DNA of 64,000 nt from a virus (lineage: Duplodnaviria > Caudoviricetes). Shown one piece after another: positions 10,769 through 19,484 of this stretch. Where the stretch lies: the IMG/VR virus record IMGVR_UViG_3300021400_000095. The stretch is one strand, 5' to 3'. Both the position numbers and the translations under genes were made by a program. Every line of letters begins with the position of its first letter. Positions within the stretch are counted from its first letter, which is position 1. The notes under the pieces are model-generated. The model was not told where the DNA came from. It saw nothing but the letters and a program-made list of their open reading frames with translations, and searched no databases.

Positions 10769-11257
10769 ATGAGTGACTTATTAACCAAAATGCCTCTTGT
10801 CTATGAACCATTGAAAAAAAATAGATGGGTTTTTAGATTCCCTGCTGACCTTGGTATCCAAGAATGGACCCTTGAATCTGCTTCAAGACCTTCAATTAAC
10901 CAAAATCCAGTTGAAATCCAATTCCTTAATACATCAACTTGGGTACTTGGTAGATATACTTGGGAAGATATTAGCCTTACTTTCAGAGACCCTATTGGCC
11001 CTTCTACTTCACAAGCAATTATGGAATGGGTTAGACTTGGTTCAGAATCTGTTACAGGTAGACAAGGTTATGCTGCTGGATATAAAAGAGATGTTGAACT
11101 TGAAATGCTTGACCCAACAGGTGCAGTTGTGCAAAAATGGATATTAAAGAATGCCTTCTTGACAACAGTGAACTTTGGGGAACTTTCATATAGTGATGAT
11201 AGTCTTGCAACCATCAGTGCAACCCTTAAGATGGATTATGCTATCCTTGCTTACTAA
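10769..11257 (+). CDS. Tail tube protein (T4 gp19-like)
   Basis: EP...NRW, RP, GRYTWEDI.LT.RDPI, EW, YKRD..L.MLDP.G.VV..W.L..AF. Confidence 0.85.
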   Translation: MSDLLTKMPLVYEPLKKNRWVFRFPADLGIQEWTLESASRPSINQNPVEIQFLNTSTWVLGRYTWEDISLTFRDPIGPSTSQAIMEWVRLGSESVTGRQGYAAGYKRDVELEMLDPTGAVVQKWILKNAFLTTVNFGELSYSDDSLATISATLKMDYAILAY

Positions 11258-11285
11258 TTGATTTCTACTTTTTTAAATATAAAAA

Positions 11286-12191
11286 TTAATCCTGACTTTT
11301 TTCAAGGTCAGGATTTTTCCATACATATTTAATTAATCCACAATCATATATTCTTTCATAGTTAAGGATTGCAACCATTTGTGTTTCAGTTAGACTTAAA
11401 TCAAGTCCATATTTCTTATGTAATATTTGTTTTCTAAAATTAAACTTATGTTGTCTAATAATTCCATCACTTTCTTTAAAATAATGATAATCTGGGATTG
11501 TATAATAATCAAATTTAAAGCCAAGTTGCAGATATACATTATTACTTTCATCAACAGTCCATCTTCTATCAGCAAATGATTTAATTATAATTGGATTGTA
11601 TTTTCTTGTAAAATATTTAAATAGTTTTCCACCAACACCTTGACAAACATAATTATAATTACTTGCAAATCTTGTTAATTCCCATCTATTATTACCCTTT
11701 TCTTCTTCCTTAAATTGCATAACAGCAATAAGTTCATTATTATAATAAGCACCAAGATAAACTGAAGATGCAACAAAACCTTGGATATGATATTTATTCA
11801 AAAATGCTTTTGAAGTAAATTTATCAATTTCTCTAATATCACATTTTCTACCCATAATTTTAGGCATATTTTCACATTTTTTGAGAATATGTTTAATTTT
11901 ATTAAGAACAATATCCTTATTCTGAACATATTCATCCTCAAAAATCTGCAATAATCTTATACCCTTTTCTTTACAAGCATCTGTTCTATCTCTTTGATAT
12001 GTTTTTATTGAATAATAATCAGGATGTTCAACTAAACCATTGAACTGTATTGCTGCCTTTATTTGTGGTATATAAAAAGACAATTCATATGGTGCAATTA
12101 TTGTATTATCATCACAAATTATTTCACCATCAAACAATGTTCTGATATATTCATATATCTCTTTCTTAATCTCACTATTTGTCATAAGCAT
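11286..12191 (-). CDS. Degenerate homing-endonuclease-like protein with C-terminal Mom-like GNAT domain
   Basis: Paralog of the C-terminal half of 33642..35366; nuclease motif altered (ELSF..AAIQFNG vs ELDI..IAIEFDG); WELTRF, GVGGKLF, SFADRRW, IYDCG. Confidence 0.6.
   Translation of the reverse strand: MLMTNSEIKKEIYEYIRTLFDGEIICDDNTIIAPYELSFYIPQIKAAIQFNGLVEHPDYYSIKTYQRDRTDACKEKGIRLLQIFEDEYVQNKDIVLNKIKHILKKCENMPKIMGRKCDIREIDKFTSKAFLNKYHIQGFVASSVYLGAYYNNELIAVMQFKEEEKGNNRWELTRFASNYNYVCQGVGGKLFKYFTRKYNPIIIKSFADRRWTVDESNNVYLQLGFKFDYYTIPDYHYFKESDGIIRQHKFNFRKQILHKKYGLDLSLTETQMVAILNYERIYDCGLIKYVWKNPDLEKSQD
11288..11318. terminator. Intrinsic terminator after tail tube
   Basis: AATCCTGAC...GTCAGGATT followed by a T tract. 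Confidence 0.7.
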
Positions 12192-12201
12192 TATTTTTTG
12201 T

Positions 12202-12233
12202 CAAATATACAAAGTTTAAATATAAAAAACAAA
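12202..12233 (-). promoter_or_regulatory. Bacteroidota-type sigma promoter
   Basis: TTTG-N20-TATATTTG. Confidence 0.65.
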
Positions 12234-12240
12234 CAAGGTT

Positions 12241-13047
12241 TTATCTCCAACCTTGTTTTAACTTATCTTTTTTAACTTTTATAATAGTTCTACCAATTCT
12301 ATGTAAAAAATTGTTTAACTGTTTTTCAATATATGGCATTGTTATTCCATATAAATTAAAATAATCAGTAAACACTTCTTTTAAACCATCATTAATTTTT
12401 AACTCATTAAAATTTTCTTTTGCTGTTAAATACAAATTCCATGTTTCTGAAGAAGTTAATAAATCATCATTATATGGTTCTTGTTTATCCATCATATATG
12501 CATATAATCCATTTGAAAAACCTTCTTGTTCAGACTTTATACACAAATATAATAATTTGGCCAATTTTTGTTTATTTTCACTTTTTGATTCCAAATCAGT
12601 TTTTATTTTTTCATATAACCCATTTGAATCACCAAATTCATGCCCCATCTTTTCTTGTTGAAAAATGTGTTCCACTTTATGTTGTATTGTTTCCATGGAT
12701 TTTGGTTTATCAACTGTTCCATTTATTGCATAGATGTTAATAAACATCATGGCAAGTCCTTTATTTATAAAAATAGAACCACCATCTGTTATATAGGACA
12801 AATTATATTTTTCCTTAAAATCTTTACTTAAAAAATTCCTATATATTACAGAACTAACAATTTTTATCTTATCAATATAAGAAACAATGGAAATCTTTTT
12901 TTTTATTAACAAGTTATTTTTTTCTATAATTTCAGCATTGTTTAATTTACTAATAATTTCATTATAAAACTCATTAGAAAACCTTGCAACATCATCATTT
13001 ATACTCAATTCTTCTTCTATGATTTTTTTTATTTCTTCAGTTAACAT
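12241..13047 (-). CDS. Leader-bearing zincin-family protein, catalytic Glu lost (HKVEH)
   Basis: MLTEEIKKIIEEEL leader; TIQHKVEHIFQ aligns with ILQHEIEHVFQ of 35392; downstream E..GF.N..Y. Confidence 0.6.
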   Translation of the reverse strand: MLTEEIKKIIEEELSINDDVARFSNEFYNEIISKLNNAEIIEKNNLLIKKKISIVSYIDKIKIVSSVIYRNFLSKDFKEKYNLSYITDGGSIFINKGLAMMFINIYAINGTVDKPKSMETIQHKVEHIFQQEKMGHEFGDSNGLYEKIKTDLESKSENKQKLAKLLYLCIKSEQEGFSNGLYAYMMDKQEPYNDDLLTSSETWNLYLTAKENFNELKINDGLKEVFTDYFNLYGITMPYIEKQLNNFLHRIGRTIIKVKKDKLKQGWR

Positions 13048-13079
13048 GCTCTATTTTTATAATACAGACTTATTTTTTT

Positions 13080-13955
13080 TTATAATCCATTTTGCCTTAA
13101 AATCTCTTTGAATTTCCAATCTCTTTCCTTTTCTCTTTCTTCTTCCATTTTTATTGTATATAATGAATATGCCATACCAACTTTTCTAATTAAATATTTG
13201 AAGCCATTCTTTGAAACTGTTTGGAAATACTTTTTAGTTTTATCAAAGTTTTCATAATTCTTAATTATATTATGATTAATTAAATACCAACATGCAGTAA
13301 TGAACAATGTATTTTGACTATTATATTTGCTAATATTGTCATATGAATTCTTTAATGTTGAATATAAATCTGATATGAGATTATCATAAATGAAATCTTT
13401 ATATGTTTTATATTCTTTTTTCTTTTTTATAGCAGAAGCATATGCCCCATTAACAAATGAATTTATCTCATTTTTATTGCAATAATATAATATCTTGCAT
13501 AAATAAGCAACTATTGGGTTATTATTACTCATCCCTTTTATAATATCCTGATATCTGTCAGTAGAAATTGGTTTGTTTTTCATTTTACATTCCCAATAAT
13601 GACTACATTCATGTTGGATTGTGTCTGTTAAATCATAATAATCTATTTCATTCCCAAATTGCAAAACTGTTAAATATAAAGTATTTTCTTCAAATGAATA
13701 TCCATTATTCCTATGTGTTTTTGAATACCATACATAGAATTCATCAGTGCTGTTAAAATATTTAAACATAAAATCAACATATAAATCAGACATTTCTGTT
13801 GCTACCCTAAACTTTTTTTCTTTTATGTTTTTCTCCAATAAAGTATATATGTCCTTTTCAATTATGTTTGTTAATTTAACAACCTCTTTTGCAATACCTA
13901 AATCTTCATTCATTAGATATCTAACCTGTTCCTCTGTTAATATTACTTTTTTCAT
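13080..13955 (-). CDS. Leader-bearing zincin metallopeptidase-like protein
   Basis: MKKVILTEEQVRYLMNE leader; HECSH plus downstream E..SFVN. Confidence 0.65.
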   Translation of the reverse strand: MKKVILTEEQVRYLMNEDLGIAKEVVKLTNIIEKDIYTLLEKNIKEKKFRVATEMSDLYVDFMFKYFNSTDEFYVWYSKTHRNNGYSFEENTLYLTVLQFGNEIDYYDLTDTIQHECSHYWECKMKNKPISTDRYQDIIKGMSNNNPIVAYLCKILYYCNKNEINSFVNGAYASAIKKKKEYKTYKDFIYDNLISDLYSTLKNSYDNISKYNSQNTLFITACWYLINHNIIKNYENFDKTKKYFQTVSKNGFKYLIRKVGMAYSLYTIKMEEEREKERDWKFKEILRQNGL

Positions 13956-14077
13956 ACATATATAATTAATATATCTTTTTAATAAATGTCAAGTTTGTTA
14001 ACTTAATAACAATAAAAAAAAAGCATAGAAATATTTTTCATATCCCTATGCTTTTTAAAATTTTATTTAATTTGTTG

Positions 14078-16834
14078 TTATTCGTTGAAAGACACACTTT
14101 CAGGGTAGACAACAAATGTTATGCTAATATATTCAAGTGCAGGTGTAGGTTTAACAAGGATTTTTGCTGGAAGGATGTGTTGGTCTCTTGTTTCAGGTGT
14201 TGATTCAGTTTGAATTCTATAATCAACAATACCTCTATTAGACTTAACATCAGCAAGAATTGGTTCTACAAGTGACTTAAATTGTTTTTCAAGGGTTGCA
14301 TCATATTGTTCAAAGATAAGATGTTTAGAAGCCTCAACAACAAGTTTCTTAATTCTAAGCATAAGTCTTCTAACATTAATTCTATTAAGAGGGCTTTCCT
14401 TATCATATAATGTCTTATTACCCCAAACTTTAACACCATCTTGTGCAAATGTCTTGATAGGATTAACTCTATTTTCATAAAGTGTATCTTCATCAGAAAG
14501 AGTTGTCTTAATATCAGCCTTAATACAATCAATATTACCTCTTTCAGTACCAGCAGGTGCAAACCATGGGAATGAGTTATTATCTGTTGCAGCCATATTT
14601 CTAACAACATCCTTTGTTACAGGAAGTGTAAGATATCTCTTAGCAGAATTATCATAATATTTAATCCATGGCCAGTATGTACAAGCATAAGAAGATACAA
14701 TATCACTATCATTAACTGCTTCAGCAATTAAATCTGCTGTTTTAACTTCATTAACATCCATTGGTGAGTTAATGATATAAAGTGCATCACCACCTCTACC
14801 ATCCTCAGGGTCTTCAATCATATCAAGAGCATCTTCTACAAGAAGTGTGTGATGGAAGTAATCAATACCAGGAGTTGCAAACAAGTTAATATAAGAATCT
14901 TGTGGATTTGCAAATTGCATATAACCTGCAAGATATGCATAATAGTCACTTGTAATTGCATTTACTGGAAGATTAAGGTCAAGAGTTGGGTCAAGTACTA
15001 ACTCAGATGAATTAACATAATCAAATGGGCAACCTGAAACAATTGCATATTTAGATGCCTTATATTTATCTGTATTAGTTCTTTCAGCCCTATAAATATC
15101 CCAACCATCAAAGCCACCATATGGATAAACAGTGAACTTTCTTAAGTTAATGTCTTCATAAATTGTTCCCTCAGTCTGAGCCTCAGTAATAAGTCTTGGA
15201 AGTTTCTTTGATTGTGCAGCAGCTTGAAGTCCATCAACTGTTGTAAATGAATAACCAGATTCACTATCAACAAAAATCTTACTATTCATCAAGACATTTG
15301 TTCCAGAAACACTATTGTTATTTGGCATTGAAAGAATTGCATCAAGGTGGAAACCCTTAGTAAGTTTATCAGGGTCAGCATCACCCTTTCCATTTGCATA
15401 TGCAGTTACACCATTATAGTTAAGAACATCAACATCAAGGATATCTCTATTCAAGCCAAAATATTGTCTCTTAGGTTTAATGAAATCATTGAATTCAGTG
15501 TTATATGCAACATCAATTCTTTCACCACCATACTTAGGCATTGGATAACCTAAGAAACCACAAGGAACACAAGATTCAACACCATCTTCCTCTGAAATTT
15601 CAACTGTGATGTATTTTGATTTAGCAACATAGCCACCATCAAAAGTACCAATCTTAGCACCAATATAGTTATTAGTACCAGGCATCATTGAACAATTGGT
15701 GAATTTTTCAAGTACAACAGGTGATACATCACTATCATTGAAGTCTCTTACCCAAACATCAAATAAACCCTCATCAGGTCTGATTCTTTGAATAGAAATC
15801 TTAACTTGTCTATTAGCAGCATCACCATCAGAAATTGTATATACCTTGAAAAGTTTCTTAACATTGATTGCTTCATTAGTTGCTTCTTTAACCTCTGATA
15901 CAATCCAAGGGGTTTGTGCACATCTATATGTTTCTTTATAGTTTACATAATTTTCATTACCACTTGATTCAAGACCTGCTGTTGCAATATCTTCAAATTT
16001 AATTGTTTTATTTTCATTTTCAGGCCTTCTAAGTAAGTCTTGATATGCATAGTCATATAATGCTTCAATATAAACAGGTGCTGAACCTACAAGTGGGTCA
16101 GTGCTGAATACATTGTAAATATATGACCTATCAGTAGGATTAATTGAAACATTGTAACTTGTCTCAGTTGAAGCACTTACAATATTACCATTTTCATCTT
16201 CACTATACTTATTATATGTAATTTTAAGGCCAAACTTACCAAGTTCTACTTTACCATCATTTGAAACAGCAGTTCCACCACTAATTTTACCACTGAGTGG
16301 AATATTTGCTGATACACCACTAATCACACAGTTTGCATCATATGTGGCACTACTATAAGGAACAAGTTGTACTTTAGTAACAATAGGATTGAATGCTTCT
16401 TGTTGTGCTTTTTCACATTCACCACCATTAACATTAGCATAATAATTAGCCTTTGACCTAAGAATTACAAGTGGGTACTTTTTACTATCAATATTAGCAT
16501 AAACACCAAACACTTTACTATTTTCATAACCAGAGATACCAAGAACCCTAACAACATTAAGATTCTTTGATTCCTTCAAGTATTCTTTAGCAACATATGG
16601 AAGTTCATATTTAGGGAGGTCATTACCCTTATACTTTTCAGGTGATGTACCACCAAAGTAGTCTACAAAGTCAGCCCAATCAGTTACAGGTATTGCTTGA
16701 AATGCAGGTCCTTTAAGTGTTTCACCAACAAGACCAAGGCTAGTAATACCTAAGCTTTTAGCTGAGTAAAGAACATCTTTCTCTTCAGTATAAACACCTG
16801 GTGAAACATGACCACCTCTTGCATCACTTATCAT
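14078..16834 (-). CDS. Tail sheath protein (T4 gp18-like)
   Basis: VSPGVYTEEKD, GETLKGPAF, PWFAPAG..RG, LYENRVNPI, WGNKTL, LNRINVRRL. Confidence 0.93.
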   Translation of the reverse strand: MISDARGGHVSPGVYTEEKDVLYSAKSLGITSLGLVGETLKGPAFQAIPVTDWADFVDYFGGTSPEKYKGNDLPKYELPYVAKEYLKESKNLNVVRVLGISGYENSKVFGVYANIDSKKYPLVILRSKANYYANVNGGECEKAQQEAFNPIVTKVQLVPYSSATYDANCVISGVSANIPLSGKISGGTAVSNDGKVELGKFGLKITYNKYSEDENGNIVSASTETSYNVSINPTDRSYIYNVFSTDPLVGSAPVYIEALYDYAYQDLLRRPENENKTIKFEDIATAGLESSGNENYVNYKETYRCAQTPWIVSEVKEATNEAINVKKLFKVYTISDGDAANRQVKISIQRIRPDEGLFDVWVRDFNDSDVSPVVLEKFTNCSMMPGTNNYIGAKIGTFDGGYVAKSKYITVEISEEDGVESCVPCGFLGYPMPKYGGERIDVAYNTEFNDFIKPKRQYFGLNRDILDVDVLNYNGVTAYANGKGDADPDKLTKGFHLDAILSMPNNNSVSGTNVLMNSKIFVDSESGYSFTTVDGLQAAAQSKKLPRLITEAQTEGTIYEDINLRKFTVYPYGGFDGWDIYRAERTNTDKYKASKYAIVSGCPFDYVNSSELVLDPTLDLNLPVNAITSDYYAYLAGYMQFANPQDSYINLFATPGIDYFHHTLLVEDALDMIEDPEDGRGGDALYIINSPMDVNEVKTADLIAEAVNDSDIVSSYACTYWPWIKYYDNSAKRYLTLPVTKDVVRNMAATDNNSFPWFAPAGTERGNIDCIKADIKTTLSDEDTLYENRVNPIKTFAQDGVKVWGNKTLYDKESPLNRINVRRLMLRIKKLVVEASKHLIFEQYDATLEKQFKSLVEPILADVKSNRGIVDYRIQTESTPETRDQHILPAKILVKPTPALEYISITFVVYPESVSFNE

Positions 16835-16877
16835 ATTTTTTATAGTTTTAACTTTAATTATTTTTATACATTTTTCT

Positions 16878-16887
16878 TATAAATAGT
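16878..16887 (-). promoter_or_regulatory. Putative late promoter of tail sheath
   Basis: ACTATTTATA on minus strand about 43 nt before ATG. Confidence 0.65.
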
Positions 16888-16930
16888 CTTTTGAAACCAA
16901 AAAATCTGTATTCATTTATTTTTTAATAAA

Positions 16931-18100
16931 TTATTTTTGGCATTCAGTTTCATCATAACTAACATTTTGTTCTTCAGCATAATTTTGATTTGTTTCATCT
17001 AAATTTTCATTATAGATAATATCTTTATCATAACCACTTAATTTAAGGAAACTACATTTATCAAAATCATATCTTCTAACCTTTTTTATCTTAATTTCAT
17101 CATTTTCTTTAAGTAATAGGGTATTTCCACTTTGAAGAATATTTTCAAGGTCAATTTCTTCATCATTTACTTTAAAAATAAAAGTTCTAATGTTTTCAAC
17201 ATTATATTTTTCAACAGTAAAATTACAATCTAATGTAAATTTGATTTTATCATCACAAGGTCCAAGACTTACATTTATTTGTATTGGTTTATAATAATAT
17301 GAATTTTCAGGGCATTCAAGTGGAAGTTCTTCAATATCAGCATATGTTTGTTTTCTTTCTTCAAAGTCAAATGTCATTAACTTTAAAGCTGGTTTTTCTT
17401 CAACAATAAAATAATCTTCTGGGATAATATATGCTTTTACTGTAATTTCACAAGATTGTGAATAAAACTGTCTATCATCAATGTTATAAACTGATTCATC
17501 AGAAATATTATCCAAATTCATTGACATAAAATGTCCTTTTGGTCTAATATATGCTGTTATTGCTTTAAATTTCTCTTGAATAAGTTGATTGAATGTGTTT
17601 ATTAATTCATATCTGTTAGTCATTATACTTATCCTATATTTAAAATCCACACCCATAGGTTGTTTCATTCTATATTCAATATAATATTTTCTATCATTTT
17701 TGTCTCTTGCTTCAACCCTTTTCATAAGATAAGTTCTTTCACCAGGAATATTTTTTGAATCACCATTTATTGTACCTGATTGTGGATTACTTTCTCTTGT
17801 GATTGTTTTGAAATTTAAAATAGGATTTTTCTTATTATCAACATGTTCCCACATTTGCATATACTCAGAAAATCTCTGATTTGAATATAACACAAATGTT
17901 GGTAATCTTTGTCCATCATAAGATATTGCTAAATCATTCTCAACCCAGTCTCTAAAAGTTTTATCAATATCTTCATAATTGACAGGCTCTGGTAATGGGC
18001 TTGAATCAGAAAGAACTTCCTTTACTAAATTCTCCCTTCTTTCAAGTCCAAATGACTTGTTTCTTAAAACTAATTTATTTTTAAATTCAATACTTCCCAT
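16931..18100 (-). CDS. Tail completion / sheath stabiliser (gp15-like)
   Basis: Between neck and sheath genes; DID..F..W, P...D..Y...I.T. Confidence 0.5.
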   Translation of the reverse strand: MGSIEFKNKLVLRNKSFGLERRENLVKEVLSDSSPLPEPVNYEDIDKTFRDWVENDLAISYDGQRLPTFVLYSNQRFSEYMQMWEHVDNKKNPILNFKTITRESNPQSGTINGDSKNIPGERTYLMKRVEARDKNDRKYYIEYRMKQPMGVDFKYRISIMTNRYELINTFNQLIQEKFKAITAYIRPKGHFMSMNLDNISDESVYNIDDRQFYSQSCEITVKAYIIPEDYFIVEEKPALKLMTFDFEERKQTYADIEELPLECPENSYYYKPIQINVSLGPCDDKIKFTLDCNFTVEKYNVENIRTFIFKVNDEEIDLENILQSGNTLLLKENDEIKIKKVRRYDFDKCSFLKLSGYDKDIIYNENLDETNQNYAEEQNVSYDETECQK

Positions 18101-18639
18101 TATCCATTAAACTCAGTTTCATCAACATAGGCTCCTTCACAGGTCACATAGAACGGCATTTTTCCGTACAATGTATTTTTATTGGCTGTCATTCCCATTT
18201 TCCCATCATTTGTTACTGTAAAATATATTCTATATTCAGGTGTTATATCAACACCAATATAATCACCTCTTTTGATATCACAACCATTTTCTTCCAATTC
18301 TTCCAAAAGAACACTGAAAATAATTGTTCCTGGTTTTGCATATAAACCCTTACTGATTGTTTCACTGTATGCTTTCATTTGAGTATCTTGTATTTCATAA
18401 ACACAAGTTAATTCAATTGGGGTTTTGAATCTTAAATCAGATTTCCTTGCTTCCTTATAAATATCATCAACCTTGGTCTTTTCCAAATCAACTTGATAAA
18501 GGATAATAGTTTGATTAGCATGTTGTTCCATATATTCTTTAGCAAAATCCATTTGAACATTATAATCTTCCCCTGAGAAGAATTTGTTGTTCCTCTTTAT
18601 TGGATTTTTTCTTCTAATTGGCATATTATCTAATTTCAT
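18100..18639 (-). CDS. Neck / head-closure protein (gp14-like)
   Basis: DIY.EA...RF..PIE, L.E...DIKRGD; gene order. Confidence 0.55.
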   Translation of the reverse strand: MKLDNMPIRRKNPIKRNNKFFSGEDYNVQMDFAKEYMEQHANQTIILYQVDLEKTKVDDIYKEARKSDLRFKTPIELTCVYEIQDTQMKAYSETISKGLYAKPGTIIFSVLLEELEENGCDIKRGDYIGVDITPEYRIYFTVTNDGKMGMTANKNTLYGKMPFYVTCEGAYVDETEFNG

Positions 18640-18641
18640 AA

Positions 18642-19307
18642 TTAATAATAAGTTTCATAAACATTATCATTCAAGCCAAAATCAATAAGCACCAAATTAT
18701 CTTGACCATTTTCTTTAACAAGTCCCCAACTTGAAATTCTTTTCAAATCACCAACAGATTTAAGTTGATAATTTCCAAGATAGTCTTGCAACATATAAAA
18801 GATGGAATAATCATAATTATCTTGAAACTCTTCACTGTTGAATAATTCATCAAATTTTCTATTTCTATAACTTCTATTAGTATAAGAACTTACACAATAG
18901 TCAATCCAAGCACAAATTACTTCAAAACTATAACCAAAAATTCTTTTAAAGTCTGAAATTTTAGGTCTTCTTGCAAGTTCCATTTCAATCCACTGATAAT
19001 TTTCATCAACATCAAACACCTTAGCAAAACAGCCAATTTGTTGGAGATAATAATCTGCTTCTACTTCATTTTGAGCAAGTCCTTTCCTATTTTTAGCAAG
19101 TTTAAGAACCTTTTCTTCATCTATTTTATAAACAATTCTTGCAGAACCTGAAGATATTCTTTGTAATCTTTGTTCACAATATTGTATTCTTCCATTGAAT
19201 GTAGTGATTTTCTTAAACTCATCCATCTTGAAAAAAGTTGGATAAGCCATTTCACCAATTAAAACTTTATATTGATTTTCTGTAATTATAACTCTCTTGT
19301 TTTCCAT
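18642..19307 (-). CDS. Leader-bearing protein kinase-fold protein
   Basis: GSARIVY loop, VLK, helix-C Glu (QNEVE), DLKRISSWG catalytic loop, LIDFGL; leader KRVIITENQYKVLIGE. Confidence 0.65.
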   Translation of the reverse strand: MENKRVIITENQYKVLIGEMAYPTFFKMDEFKKITTFNGRIQYCEQRLQRISSGSARIVYKIDEEKVLKLAKNRKGLAQNEVEADYYLQQIGCFAKVFDVDENYQWIEMELARRPKISDFKRIFGYSFEVICAWIDYCVSSYTNRSYRNRKFDELFNSEEFQDNYDYSIFYMLQDYLGNYQLKSVGDLKRISSWGLVKENGQDNLVLIDFGLNDNVYETYY

Positions 19308-19432
19308 CTTTCTTTAATTACTAGTAATATATACTATAAATAGTTTTTCTTTTAAAGAAATAATATTCTAGTTAATAAATATATTTTATTAAATATTATA
19401 TATATAATATATTATATATTATTAAATATATA

Positions 19433-19464
19433 TTTGTTTTTTATTAATAAAATTTATATATTTG
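19433..19464 (+). promoter_or_regulatory. Bacteroidota-type sigma promoter (helicase operon)
   Basis: TTTG-N20-TATATTTG. Confidence 0.7.
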
Positions 19465-19484
19465 TAATAGTTAATATTTTAATT

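Noticed and set aside
19434-19484. N-terminal extensions given by the ORF track (also 28745-28825, 36269-36307, 41008-41055, 47449-47574)
   Set aside because: They overlap promoter motifs or neighbouring genes; downstream starts fit better.
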